Source: an uncultured Gammaproteobacteria bacterium (lineage in GTDB: Bacteria; Patescibacteriota; Microgenomatia; Daviesbacterales; UBA10151). Taken from it: 64,000 bases of DNA. The notes beneath the pieces were generated by a model, which was given only the letters and a program-made list of their open reading frames with translations, did not search any database and was not told the DNA's origin. Shown here one piece after another: positions 47,009-56,160 of this stretch (positions are counted from its first letter, which is position 1; each line of letters begins with the position of its first letter). The stretch is from assembly GCA_964422835.1 (NCBI GenBank), contig CAYRCR010000001.1, positions 22,030 through 86,029 on the forward strand, in the 5' to 3' direction. The position numbers and the translations under genes are program-made.

Positions 47009-47692
47009 ATGATCCGCAAACGCAAGACGATTTTTATAATTATTCCTGCTCTTAATGAAGAAAAAAAAATTAAAGTAGTTGTAGATGAAGCGGCAAAATT
47101 TGGAGATACAGTAGTAATAGTAGACGACGGCTCAAAGGATAAAACAATACTCCAGGTTAAAAATCCCAAAGCAGTCATTCTAAAACATTGTGTCAATTTA
47201 GGGCAAGGAGCAGCCCTTCGAACCGGCCTTGAATACGCTCAAAAAATGGGCGCCGATATTGCTGTGACTTTTGATGCTGACGGCCAATTTATTGCTTCAG
47301 AAATACCTAAAATAATAAAGCCGGTTGTTGAGGGAAAAGCTGATATCGTTTTAGGATCAAGATTTTTAGGGCAAACAGTAAATATGCCATTTTCAAGATT
47401 TATCACGTTAAAATTGGGGATCTATTTCACCTATTTTTTTTCCGGAATTAAACTTTCCGATACACATAACGGGTTCCGTGCCCTAAATAGAAAAGCTATA
47501 CAAAATATAAAAATTACTCATAATAAAATGGCTCACTCTTCAGAAATTATCGACCTTACTAAAAAACACAAACTCAAACTAATTGAGATCCCTGTTACTG
47601 TTATATATAATGAGTATAGTAAACAAAGAGGTCAAAGTTCATTTAATGCATTAAGAATCTGTCTTGATTTAATTGCTAAAAAGCTTTACTAA
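47009..47692 (+). CDS. Polyprenyl-phosphate sugar synthase (GtrB/Ppm1/ArnC-like GT2).
   Basis: 'IFIIIPALNEEKKIKVVVDE...VVIVDDGSKDKT...VTFDADGQ' and a short (about 230 aa) length, typical of the dolichyl/undecaprenyl-phosphate glycosyltransferase subgroup. The ORF track starts at 46946; I use the Met at 47009. Confidence 0.7.
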   Translation: MIRKRKTIFIIIPALNEEKKIKVVVDEAAKFGDTVVIVDDGSKDKTILQVKNPKAVILKHCVNLGQGAALRTGLEYAQKMGADIAVTFDADGQFIASEIPKIIKPVVEGKADIVLGSRFLGQTVNMPFSRFITLKLGIYFTYFFSGIKLSDTHNGFRALNRKAIQNIKITHNKMAHSSEIIDLTKKHKLKLIEIPVTVIYNEYSKQRGQSSFNALRICLDLIAKKLY

Positions 47693-47696
47693 ATAT

Positions 47697-48044
47697 ATGA
47701 ATGCATCGCAATTTATATTGTCATCTATTATTATTTTCATAATATTTAAAACGCTAAAAAGTTTCAAAAGAGGTAATTTATCCAAAATCTTCACAATTAT
47801 TTGGTTATTCTTTTGGATAATTATTTTATTCCTTATTTTTCAACAAGGTATTTTGACGGGAATCGCCAACCTAATCGGTATAGGCCGGGGAGTAGATTTA
47901 GCCATTTACTTATCAATCATAATAATTTTTTATTTAATATATAAAATACTTGAACACCAAAACAATATCGACCAAAAAATTACCGAGATTATTAGGGAAA
48001 ATGCGATTTTACACCCTAAAAGTACTACAAAAGCTCGTAAATAA
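47697..48044 (+). CDS. DUF2304 family small membrane protein.
   Basis: 'LTGIANLIGIGRGVDLAIYLSIIIIFYLIY' matches the conserved GVGRGxDLLLY core that I associate with DUF2304. It sits 4 nt downstream of the GtrB-like GT2, the usual pairing for this family. Confidence 0.6.
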   Translation: MNASQFILSSIIIFIIFKTLKSFKRGNLSKIFTIIWLFFWIIILFLIFQQGILTGIANLIGIGRGVDLAIYLSIIIIFYLIYKILEHQNNIDQKITEIIRENAILHPKSTTKARK

Positions 48045-49710
48045 TTATTTTGCTTTTCCCTCTTTCAGAGGAATATATTTTATTAAGTTCTGGAATTATT
48101 GTTTCATTGTCCATTAAAATATTCAGGTTTTCATCATTTGCCAGCTCTAAATCCCAAGCTAGGATATAATCAACATTGTTAATTTTAGCATAATCCAAAA
48201 GTTTCGGTAAAGATACTTGCGGCATATAAATTGTTTCCCCTTCCGTATAAAACTCTACCCCCTCGTGTCTCATCATTATTTTTAGGTTTTTATGGGGAAT
48301 GTTTTCTTTAATCCAATCGCTTACTTCAATAATCTCCTTATTTTCATGAATTGACGTTAACTTATCGGCATATTGATATGGTTCTGTTATATTTTTTAAG
48401 GACATCGAGGGAAGAAGGAGGGTGGTTAAAAATGGCACCAGAGCCGCAATTTTAGCAAATCTCGGAAAATACAAAAAAATATTATAAAACCCCAAATAAA
48501 ATAAATAAAGTAAAAAAGGGAATGACCAAAGAAGATATCGGATGTCAAATGTAGGTGTTGAAAAAATGATTACAGGAATAGAGATGCACATAATAGAAAA
48601 GAGATATATAAGTGGAATAAACATCTTTTTTCTAATTGCCCCAAAAAGGCCTATGACAGTAAGAGGCCAAAACCATAATGGAAATATAGATAAATATATT
48701 TTTTCCCAGTGCAGTAATTTCCGGTTAAATGAATTTAAATAAATATAAAATCTATTTAACATAATGCTCGCACCATTTTTGAAATATGGGGATTTATAGT
48801 TGGGGAATTTAGCAGACGCTACTTCTTGAGCCCATGTTTTACCATTTGAGCGAAGCTCAAAAACCTGGCCTTGCTGCATTTGGGCTGAAAACTTTTGCGA
48901 AAGTGTCCATTCCCCAAGCTGAATTCTTAAAGCTATTGTATAAGGAGAAATAACGGCTAGGAATATAGCCGCGCAGATTAAGATCGTCCGCAATTTCCTG
49001 CTAATTATTTTTTTATTCGAGGAGTATTGAAAAATCCAGTAACCAAGAAGGAATATGACAGTAAGAGAGAAGAACATCAAACCCTCTGATCTCGTCAAAA
49101 AACTTAAGCCAAATATTAGTGAACTAGCCATCAAATTTCTTTCAATATGCTTTTGGGAGAAAAGAGCCAGAAAAATAAGAACAACCGCAGAAGTAATCAA
49201 AAAAATAAATAAGGCATCGGATAAAGCAATAAAAGTTACATCCATCAAAGGCACAAACATAAGAAGACTTAGACAAAAAAGGAAGGCATGAAATTTTGTT
49301 AAGCTCTCTTTCACCAAAAAATAAAATGGGATTAATAAAATGGACGCGGAAATAAACGAAATTGACCGCAGTGATAATTCCCATGTTGGTATTATGAAGT
49401 GAATCAGTGCGGAAACTGCCGGGAACAATGGAGGCCAGGTTGGATGAAAAAAATATGCAAACTGTCCCCTTGATAAAGCTTTCGCTAAACTGGCGTAAAC
49501 GGCATCGTCGGAATAGAAAGTATAACCAGAATTCAAAAGGATAATAAGCCGCGAAGCAATTATTAAAGTAGTAGCCAAGAAAAGAACGATGAATAAAATG
49601 TTTATTTTTATTTTGAACATATGAGTCTTTATTTTTTTATAGTAATTTCCTGGTTTCAGAACTGGTATCATGAAGTCCATCTTCAAAATATACAAATGTA
49701 AAAACATCAT
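48025..49710 (-). CDS. Polytopic membrane GT-C-type glycosyltransferase candidate.
   Basis: 'SGYTFYSDDAVYASLAKAL' acidic motif after helix 1; 561 aa with a roughly 130 aa soluble C-terminal domain. The likely true start is the Met of 'MFKIKINILF' (about 49620). Confidence 0.5.
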   Translation of the reverse strand: MMFLHLYILKMDFMIPVLKPGNYYKKIKTHMFKIKINILFIVLFLATTLIIASRLIILLNSGYTFYSDDAVYASLAKALSRGQFAYFFHPTWPPLFPAVSALIHFIIPTWELSLRSISFISASILLIPFYFLVKESLTKFHAFLFCLSLLMFVPLMDVTFIALSDALFIFLITSAVVLIFLALFSQKHIERNLMASSLIFGLSFLTRSEGLMFFSLTVIFLLGYWIFQYSSNKKIISRKLRTILICAAIFLAVISPYTIALRIQLGEWTLSQKFSAQMQQGQVFELRSNGKTWAQEVASAKFPNYKSPYFKNGASIMLNRFYIYLNSFNRKLLHWEKIYLSIFPLWFWPLTVIGLFGAIRKKMFIPLIYLFSIMCISIPVIIFSTPTFDIRYLLWSFPFLLYLFYLGFYNIFLYFPRFAKIAALVPFLTTLLLPSMSLKNITEPYQYADKLTSIHENKEIIEVSDWIKENIPHKNLKIMMRHEGVEFYTEGETIYMPQVSLPKLLDYAKINNVDYILAWDLELANDENLNILMDNETIIPELNKIYSSERGKSKIIIYELL

Positions 49711-51343
49711 CTGGTGTTAGGCCTGGATTTTGTTTCAGCAAATCCGGGATTTCATCTATCGTCTGGGGTAAAATAATATTATCTTGATTGGTATAATAAT
49801 GAACAGCAAAAGCTACCTCTGACCCGAAATAACCTACTCTTGAGGCATCCCCCACTGCAAAATCCAACTTCTGATTTGCCCCCTTCATGAAGATTACTTT
49901 CTTTGATTTAATTTCAGGTATATAAATTTTCAAGTCCTGAAAAATTTTTTTGGAATGCCTGCTATAATCATTAACAAAAGTCTGCTGGCTCAAAAAGGAA
50001 GCTGTTAGGCGTAATGAAATAATTATTGCTATAAAACCAATAAATAAAAATTTGGCTATTATTCTTTTCGCATAAGTCCCCTGGAAATATTCCTGGGATA
50101 CAAAAATGATTGGCAATAGGGCGGGGACAAAGGAGGGTAAAAGAAGATAGCGATTATAACTTACTAAAACCCTTTCTGGTATCGAAATAAAAAAAATTGA
50201 GTTGATGCCAAAAATTGCTACCAAACTGAAAATTGATAAAAGTTTGTACTTGGACATATTCATAAAGATCCATAATAGCAAAAAAGATAAAAAGATCCCT
50301 CCATTAAAAATTGATGCCAAATCATATTTATAAATATTAATCCGAAAAAGAAGGATCGCCAAAAATACTGATAAAAGCAAAAACATAATTAATATTTTTC
50401 CAAATAACGCAAAATTATAAATTTTTGGTCTCAAAAGCTTTAAAATAAGAAGTGAAACCAAACTGACGATTAAAGCAGGCAAGCCCGAAAGGTAAAACCT
50501 TAATAAATTGAACTCACTTCCCGGTAAACCAAGTTTTCGATAGAATAATTCCTGAAAATCGGACGGGAAAATCATGTTCCAAAATGTTCCTAAAGGGTTT
50601 AATAAATATAAAGGGAAAAAATTTATGAGTAATCCCAAATAATTGCCCCCGGGGGGGATTTTGTAACCTAAAACCCACGATGACGGGTGAATAAAATACT
50701 GGACTAAAAAAATGGATATAAAGGAAAAACATCTAATAATCAACCCCCAATTCCATTTTCTCCATGAAATTACCAAATCCAAACTAATCAAAAAAATTAT
50801 TGACCCAGCAACTCTATGGGGTGCAATCTCCAATGTTAGGAAAAAGAATATTAGAGTAAATAGATAATAAATTTTCCTATGATTGTTGAGATATTTTAAA
50901 AAAAATAATAAAGTAATAAGCAGTACAATTAACGACATTATAGCGCTAAAACAATCCAGAGTCATTTTCATATCATCCTGGCCAATATACCCTACTGCAA
51001 AAATAAGTGTTGAGAAAAGGGCTATTTTTGAATCTTTGAATAAATTAGAGAGAAATTTAAATAGAAGTCCCGCAGCAAAGGCATATAGAATTATCACTGC
51101 CATAAAATAAATTTCAGTTCTCATTCCAAACATCCGCCATGCCAATAAGTCCAACAATTGGGTAATTTGATAAGGATAGGCAAACAATCCCTTTTGTAGT
51201 AAATCCGGGTGTTGCGCAAAATACAAGGCAGCGTAATCATCCCGCCAGAAATACATCTGGAGTAGTTGATGGTAAGACAAAAATACAACACCTGAAAGGA
51301 GTATATATGGAAACAGTTTCTTGCCAAATTGTAATATATTCAT
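49637..51343 (-). CDS. Polytopic membrane GT-C-type glycosyltransferase candidate. First member of the tandem triplet.
   Basis: 'QMYFWRDDYAALYF' motif; 568 aa with more than 12 helices. Confidence 0.5.
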   Translation of the reverse strand: MNILQFGKKLFPYILLSGVVFLSYHQLLQMYFWRDDYAALYFAQHPDLLQKGLFAYPYQITQLLDLLAWRMFGMRTEIYFMAVIILYAFAAGLLFKFLSNLFKDSKIALFSTLIFAVGYIGQDDMKMTLDCFSAIMSLIVLLITLLFFLKYLNNHRKIYYLFTLIFFFLTLEIAPHRVAGSIIFLISLDLVISWRKWNWGLIIRCFSFISIFLVQYFIHPSSWVLGYKIPPGGNYLGLLINFFPLYLLNPLGTFWNMIFPSDFQELFYRKLGLPGSEFNLLRFYLSGLPALIVSLVSLLILKLLRPKIYNFALFGKILIMFLLLSVFLAILLFRINIYKYDLASIFNGGIFLSFLLLWIFMNMSKYKLLSIFSLVAIFGINSIFFISIPERVLVSYNRYLLLPSFVPALLPIIFVSQEYFQGTYAKRIIAKFLFIGFIAIIISLRLTASFLSQQTFVNDYSRHSKKIFQDLKIYIPEIKSKKVIFMKGANQKLDFAVGDASRVGYFGSEVAFAVHYYTNQDNIILPQTIDEIPDLLKQNPGLTPDDVFTFVYFEDGLHDTSSETRKLL

Positions 51344-53439
51344 TTTGTTTTATAGATATTAATTTCATTTATGACCCAAGGTGCATATTCGTGGTCACCA
51401 ATTTGTGTGATATTAACAAAACGGCTCTTGTAAGGGCTAAAATATAAATCTGTGCGGCCGTTTTTTGGGGGAAAAAGCTTCTCATAGAAGACTTCCTCCC
51501 ATATTTTCCCATCCTTGGAGAGTAAAACCTGATAGCCATTCCTATTTTGGTCTTTATTCCCCACGGAATTTATCTCAATTCGTGCAAGTTCGTAGATATT
51601 TCCCATATCTATGGTAAAATCCTGGGGATTTTCAATTGGCAGTTTCGAATCCCAAAAAGTGGTCTGTGAATTATCCAGCATCAGAAAAGAATCGTGATTA
51701 TTGCTTGAAGTTTCGATATTCCAGCCAACTTTTGGCATCACCTCTTTTTCTGCCAGAAAACTAACCAGTCGACCTCGAATTTGCAATGTGGTGTCCGTAA
51801 ACATCCCTTTCTCACCATCATAAGAAAAAGCAATTACAGAATCGGAAGAAATATAATTCTGCCTAATAGTCATACTCATCAAATTAAAATCACGAAAATA
51901 TCCAAATCCACGTCCCGCAAACTCTTTATAACCCTGATCGGTTAGATTCCAAAGAAACTCATTTTTAAAAAAATCCACTGTGAAATATTCAGTTGGATTG
52001 TAAATAATAAGAAGTAGTTGTCCGAACCCTGATTGAAAAGGCATTATTCTTTCATCTTCTGACGAGCCATAAAACGAAGAGTCACTATTAGTATAAAAAA
52101 TTGTTTTTTGTTGTAATTGTGGATATGAATTCACTATTTGACTGATAATTGATTTCCTTATTTGTCCAATTTCAACCAGCTTATCTACTGTTTTCCTCAA
52201 TGAAAATATATGGAAAGATAGCGCGACTGATAAAGCAAGAAGTCCTAAAATTTTAATTACCATTTTTTTAGTAGAGACTATCCATATTACTAATGACCCC
52301 ACGATTAAACTCAAACCCACTGTAGCCGGATAAAGGTATCTCGAATCCACATAGGTCAAATATCTATTGAGTACAAGAAGTGGTAAAATTGTAAATGAAA
52401 TAATTCCTACGCCCCAAAAAAGCAATTGTTTCACCTCAATCTTTCGGCTAACCCGCCATATTAAGGCTACAAACAGAAACCCTAAGGGAATTGTTAAAAG
52501 ATCATACCTAAAACCATTTTCAATTGTCCATGGCCCCCGCGCCAAGTATTGGTATATATTAAAGGGAGAAGTTGTCATATTAGATATATATACCAAGACT
52601 TCATTTGGGAAAAAAATCTGGGGAAAGATTTTAAAGATGGATGTGAGGAAATTATACCCAAGGATTAAAACACGATCATCCCCGGATTGGATGCCCGAAA
52701 CCTGGGCAACTCTTACATTAAATAAAAGATACGCAAACCGAAATAGCGAATAGAGGGTTAGTACTAATACTATTGATACTGCACCAATAATCTTTAATCT
52801 AACTTTCTGGCTAAAAAGTATAATTAATCCCAAAGTTAACAAAAATGTTAATGCAGTCTCTTTAAAGAGTAGACTTATAAGCAATAAACTAAAAGTTAAT
52901 AATAAAAACTTGAATCTTTTTTTTTCAATATATAAAAGATACGAAACAAGCGACATTGAGCCAAATAATACTGAAAATTCTACCCCTTCAAAAGTGCCAA
53001 TCCAAGTAACTGCTTGGTAATGGCTACTATTGACTGCAAAAAAGATCGATCCTAGAAACGCTGGAAATTTTTTCTTTGTTAACATAAAAATTAGCAAATA
53101 AACAGAAACTGATACTAAAAAGTGGATAAAAACACTCACCATAAAATATGAAGCTGCGTTTAATACAAATAGCCGATACAAACTCATTTTAAAAATTAAG
53201 GATAGGGGGGCAAAGTGAAAAGGGAAATCGCTGATGAGCATATTTCCTAAAAACTCCATTCCCTTTAAAGACAAAAGAAAGTTATAATTTCCAAAACTAT
53301 GCCATTCATCCTGCTCAAAGTATGAATTCCAAAGCCCTAAATATGCAAGGATAGCACCTCCCAAAATAGTAAAAAGAATAATTAGAAAAGGTGCATCTTT
53401 TTGAATCCTTTGAAAGTTTTTCCAACTATTTTTGACCAT
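51340..53439 (-). CDS. Polytopic membrane GT-C-type glycosyltransferase candidate with a C-terminal F5/8 type C (discoidin)-like domain. Second member of the triplet.
   Basis: 'NSYFEQDEWHSFGNY' motif. C-terminal 'TTFWDSKLPIENPQDFTIDMGNIYELARIEINSVGNKDQNRNGYQVLLSKDGKIWEEV' has the discoidin pattern (W...Q...DLG....v..i.i.......Y.v..S.DG..W). 699 aa. Confidence 0.5.
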   Translation of the reverse strand: MVKNSWKNFQRIQKDAPFLIILFTILGGAILAYLGLWNSYFEQDEWHSFGNYNFLLSLKGMEFLGNMLISDFPFHFAPLSLIFKMSLYRLFVLNAASYFMVSVFIHFLVSVSVYLLIFMLTKKKFPAFLGSIFFAVNSSHYQAVTWIGTFEGVEFSVLFGSMSLVSYLLYIEKKRFKFLLLTFSLLLISLLFKETALTFLLTLGLIILFSQKVRLKIIGAVSIVLVLTLYSLFRFAYLLFNVRVAQVSGIQSGDDRVLILGYNFLTSIFKIFPQIFFPNEVLVYISNMTTSPFNIYQYLARGPWTIENGFRYDLLTIPLGFLFVALIWRVSRKIEVKQLLFWGVGIISFTILPLLVLNRYLTYVDSRYLYPATVGLSLIVGSLVIWIVSTKKMVIKILGLLALSVALSFHIFSLRKTVDKLVEIGQIRKSIISQIVNSYPQLQQKTIFYTNSDSSFYGSSEDERIMPFQSGFGQLLLIIYNPTEYFTVDFFKNEFLWNLTDQGYKEFAGRGFGYFRDFNLMSMTIRQNYISSDSVIAFSYDGEKGMFTDTTLQIRGRLVSFLAEKEVMPKVGWNIETSSNNHDSFLMLDNSQTTFWDSKLPIENPQDFTIDMGNIYELARIEINSVGNKDQNRNGYQVLLSKDGKIWEEVFYEKLFPPKNGRTDLYFSPYKSRFVNITQIGDHEYAPWVINEINIYKTK

Positions 53440-55081
53440 TATGTGTTGATACCTCCAATTCCTCTCTTGCCTGCTTTGTATTATCTATGAGAGTTTTTGA
53501 TCCAGCCAGATAGATATAACTAATGACTGATGAGGAGGACAAGTTATTTTTTTTTACTGCTTCTTTCAGACGCTCCATGTTCCGGAAATAACCAAACCCC
53601 CTCTCCCCTTTCTCGAGATATCCTTCCTCTGTCAGTCTATACAGGTATTCAGATTCCTCAACTAATGGCTTTAGCGAAAGCTCTGATGGCAAATACCAAA
53701 CCATTAAAGTTCTCCCTAGATTCGTCTCAAATGGAAAAATCTTCTCGGACACTGGAAGCCCATAAAATGGAGTATCGCTAATCATAAAGAAAACTGCTTT
53801 TTGTGGCAAGTTTGGGTAATCTATTTTTATTTTAGATAAAATCTCCTTTCTCTCTGCACCCTGGGCAGTTGAAATACCAAGCTCTGACTTTAACCCAATA
53901 AAGTTTATCACTAAAAAGGGTAGGACAATAAGCGATATTAATAACTTTCTTCCATTTGAAATCAAATGTGCAGCCGAAACTAAAAAAACCGCGCTACCCA
54001 AAGAAGGTAGATAAATATTGCGTGAATCCACAATTGGTATACTTCCAGATCTACCTGGAGATAAAACATATATAAAACTATTTAAGACAACAAATAAAAA
54101 ACCGAAAATTAACGCTTTTACCACCATTCTATCTTTTGATTTCTTAACTAATAAAATTAGAAGAATTATTCCTGCAGCAAAGATAGTCCAGTCAACTACC
54201 TGCAGGGTAACATTTTCTACAAAGACATCAAAGGAGGTAGTGCCATACAAACCAGTTGAAGATAGTGGAAGCAATTTTGTAATTATCTTTGCTATCCTCA
54301 ACAGATCAATAGTGGGAATAAGTGATTGAGAAAATATCTTTGCAGGAAAAGATAATAAATTGTTTATGATATCAGCAAAAGATTGTGTTTCAAGAACAAC
54401 GCGGTCCTCAATGTTTGACTTTCCAAAAAATATCATTAAAAAACGGAAAAGAAAATAAAAGAAGCCCGCGAGGGCTATCTTTACATAGTTTGACCAATTT
54501 TTTTTAAGTTTTTGTTTGTCATATATATAAATCAAAAGGAATAAGAGTAAAATAAAAGCAACTGTTATTTCTTTAAATAAAAGAGAGATGAGAAAACTAG
54601 TAATAGCTAACCAAATTTTATTAAATTTAGAATTTATAAAAAAAATGAGAGCAAGGAGCCCGAAGATTGTTGATCCATGCGTATTTATATCCGCCGCGAT
54701 CCAGGATGTTGCCTGATATCCCGATGCCTCTACAGAAAAAAATAAACCTGCTAATAGACCCAAAAAATAACTTTTAAAGAGTTTTGAAAATAATATACAG
54801 GAAAGAAAGACAACGATAAGATGTGCAAAAATGCTTGATAGCGCATACCAAAAAAAATTAAGTTCATATACGGATAGATAAAGATGAAGGAGTAAATCTG
54901 TAAAAGGTGTGTAGTGGGAAATTGCAGGTTTAAAAACAGAGATTAGACTCTTATCTGAAGTAAGGAAGAACCCAAAAGCCCGCCATTCATCATGCTGGAA
55001 AAATCCTCCCGTAATTGGGAAATAAGCTACAAATGTAAAAATTAAGATTATAAAAAGTAAAGCAACATCAAATTTCTTCAT
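53426..55081 (-). CDS. Polytopic membrane GT-C-type glycosyltransferase candidate. Third member of the triplet.
   Basis: 'GGFFQHDEWRAFGFF' motif. C-terminal 'FYGLPVSEKIFPFETNLG...EEGYLEKGERGFGYFRN' is colinear with 'FYGSSEDERIMPFQSGFG...DQGYKEFAGRGFGYFRD' in the 51340 ORF. Confidence 0.5.
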   Translation of the reverse strand: MKKFDVALLFIILIFTFVAYFPITGGFFQHDEWRAFGFFLTSDKSLISVFKPAISHYTPFTDLLLHLYLSVYELNFFWYALSSIFAHLIVVFLSCILFSKLFKSYFLGLLAGLFFSVEASGYQATSWIAADINTHGSTIFGLLALIFFINSKFNKIWLAITSFLISLLFKEITVAFILLLFLLIYIYDKQKLKKNWSNYVKIALAGFFYFLFRFLMIFFGKSNIEDRVVLETQSFADIINNLLSFPAKIFSQSLIPTIDLLRIAKIITKLLPLSSTGLYGTTSFDVFVENVTLQVVDWTIFAAGIILLILLVKKSKDRMVVKALIFGFLFVVLNSFIYVLSPGRSGSIPIVDSRNIYLPSLGSAVFLVSAAHLISNGRKLLISLIVLPFLVINFIGLKSELGISTAQGAERKEILSKIKIDYPNLPQKAVFFMISDTPFYGLPVSEKIFPFETNLGRTLMVWYLPSELSLKPLVEESEYLYRLTEEGYLEKGERGFGYFRNMERLKEAVKKNNLSSSSVISYIYLAGSKTLIDNTKQAREELEVSTHNGQK

Positions 55082-55101
55082 ATCTTAAATAAGTCAAAAT
55101 G

Positions 55102-56127
55102 TTAAATTTTTGACAGGAGATTTTTTATAAGCTTTACAACAAAACCCCTCCCTTGAGGTCTAGACACAAAACCCCAGACTATTGCATCAGTTGTAGTCAT
55201 TGCAACAATAGGGTGCCATAAAAAGGCAGGGTCTCTATGTTTGATTGTACGTAACACTCCTCTGATTAATTCAGGAATAAACAAGTTTGCATATGCAACC
55301 CAAAAGAAAATCTTTAAGAGATCCTTTCTCTTTTTTGGATCAAACCACAAATAATATTTATGGTTCAAATTTGGAAGATAATCCCTTTCCAAATTTCTTA
55401 GTCTTTTTATAATCAACAATTTTAGATTTTCAGCATGATAATGCCTTATTTTTGCTAGGGGGACATAGGCAAAGAGTTGATGTCCAGCCCTCGCAACTAT
55501 CTCTATACTCTCTAAATCTATAAATGACTTATCTTTCCCAACTACTGTTTTTAAAAGTTCCTTCCGGCGGTATAAAATCCTCCCCATTGCAGGTATTTTC
55601 CCAGGGGTAAAATTGCAAAGGAAATATTTTTCCCTTTTTTCAATGACCGTACTTGCTATTGAAGGCGAAAAAAAAGCGTAGAGAGGATCCTGCATTAAGG
55701 GATGGTGTGCAATAAACCGCAAAAGAGAACTCTTAACTCGAGGTTTTGTCTCTATAGAAAACTCTTTAGTAAAACTTCCTATAATTTTTTTATCTTCCAA
55801 AAGAGGGTTTGCAAGTAATTCAAAAAAATTATTACAGCAGACTTCCATATCAGCATCAAACCAGTAAACTAAATCATTTTTTGCTGCATGCATTCCAATC
55901 CCTTTATTAAGTTCAATATCATGCGTTTTAACATTTAGAATCCGCGCTCCAAATTTTCGGGCTAACTTTTCACTATTATCATTTGATCCATCGTTTACCA
56001 CGATATATTCAATTTTATTTCTAGGATATGTTTGACTTTTTAAAGAATTAAAGAGTCTTTTTAAATTGTCCTCTTCATTAAAAACCGGAATAATTGCGGA
56101 AATACTAGGTAGCACTTTTTTAAGCAT
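55102..56127 (-). CDS. Glycosyltransferase family 2.
   Basis: 'ISAIIPVFNEEDNLKRLFNSL...IEYIVVNDGSNDNS...YWFDADMEV'; 341 aa. Confidence 0.8.
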   Translation of the reverse strand: MLKKVLPSISAIIPVFNEEDNLKRLFNSLKSQTYPRNKIEYIVVNDGSNDNSEKLARKFGARILNVKTHDIELNKGIGMHAAKNDLVYWFDADMEVCCNNFFELLANPLLEDKKIIGSFTKEFSIETKPRVKSSLLRFIAHHPLMQDPLYAFFSPSIASTVIEKREKYFLCNFTPGKIPAMGRILYRRKELLKTVVGKDKSFIDLESIEIVARAGHQLFAYVPLAKIRHYHAENLKLLIIKRLRNLERDYLPNLNHKYYLWFDPKKRKDLLKIFFWVAYANLFIPELIRGVLRTIKHRDPAFLWHPIVAMTTTDAIVWGFVSRPQGRGFVVKLIKNLLSKI

Positions 56128-56160
56128 AATGCTATTATATCTCTAACCTTTAAAGGCAGT

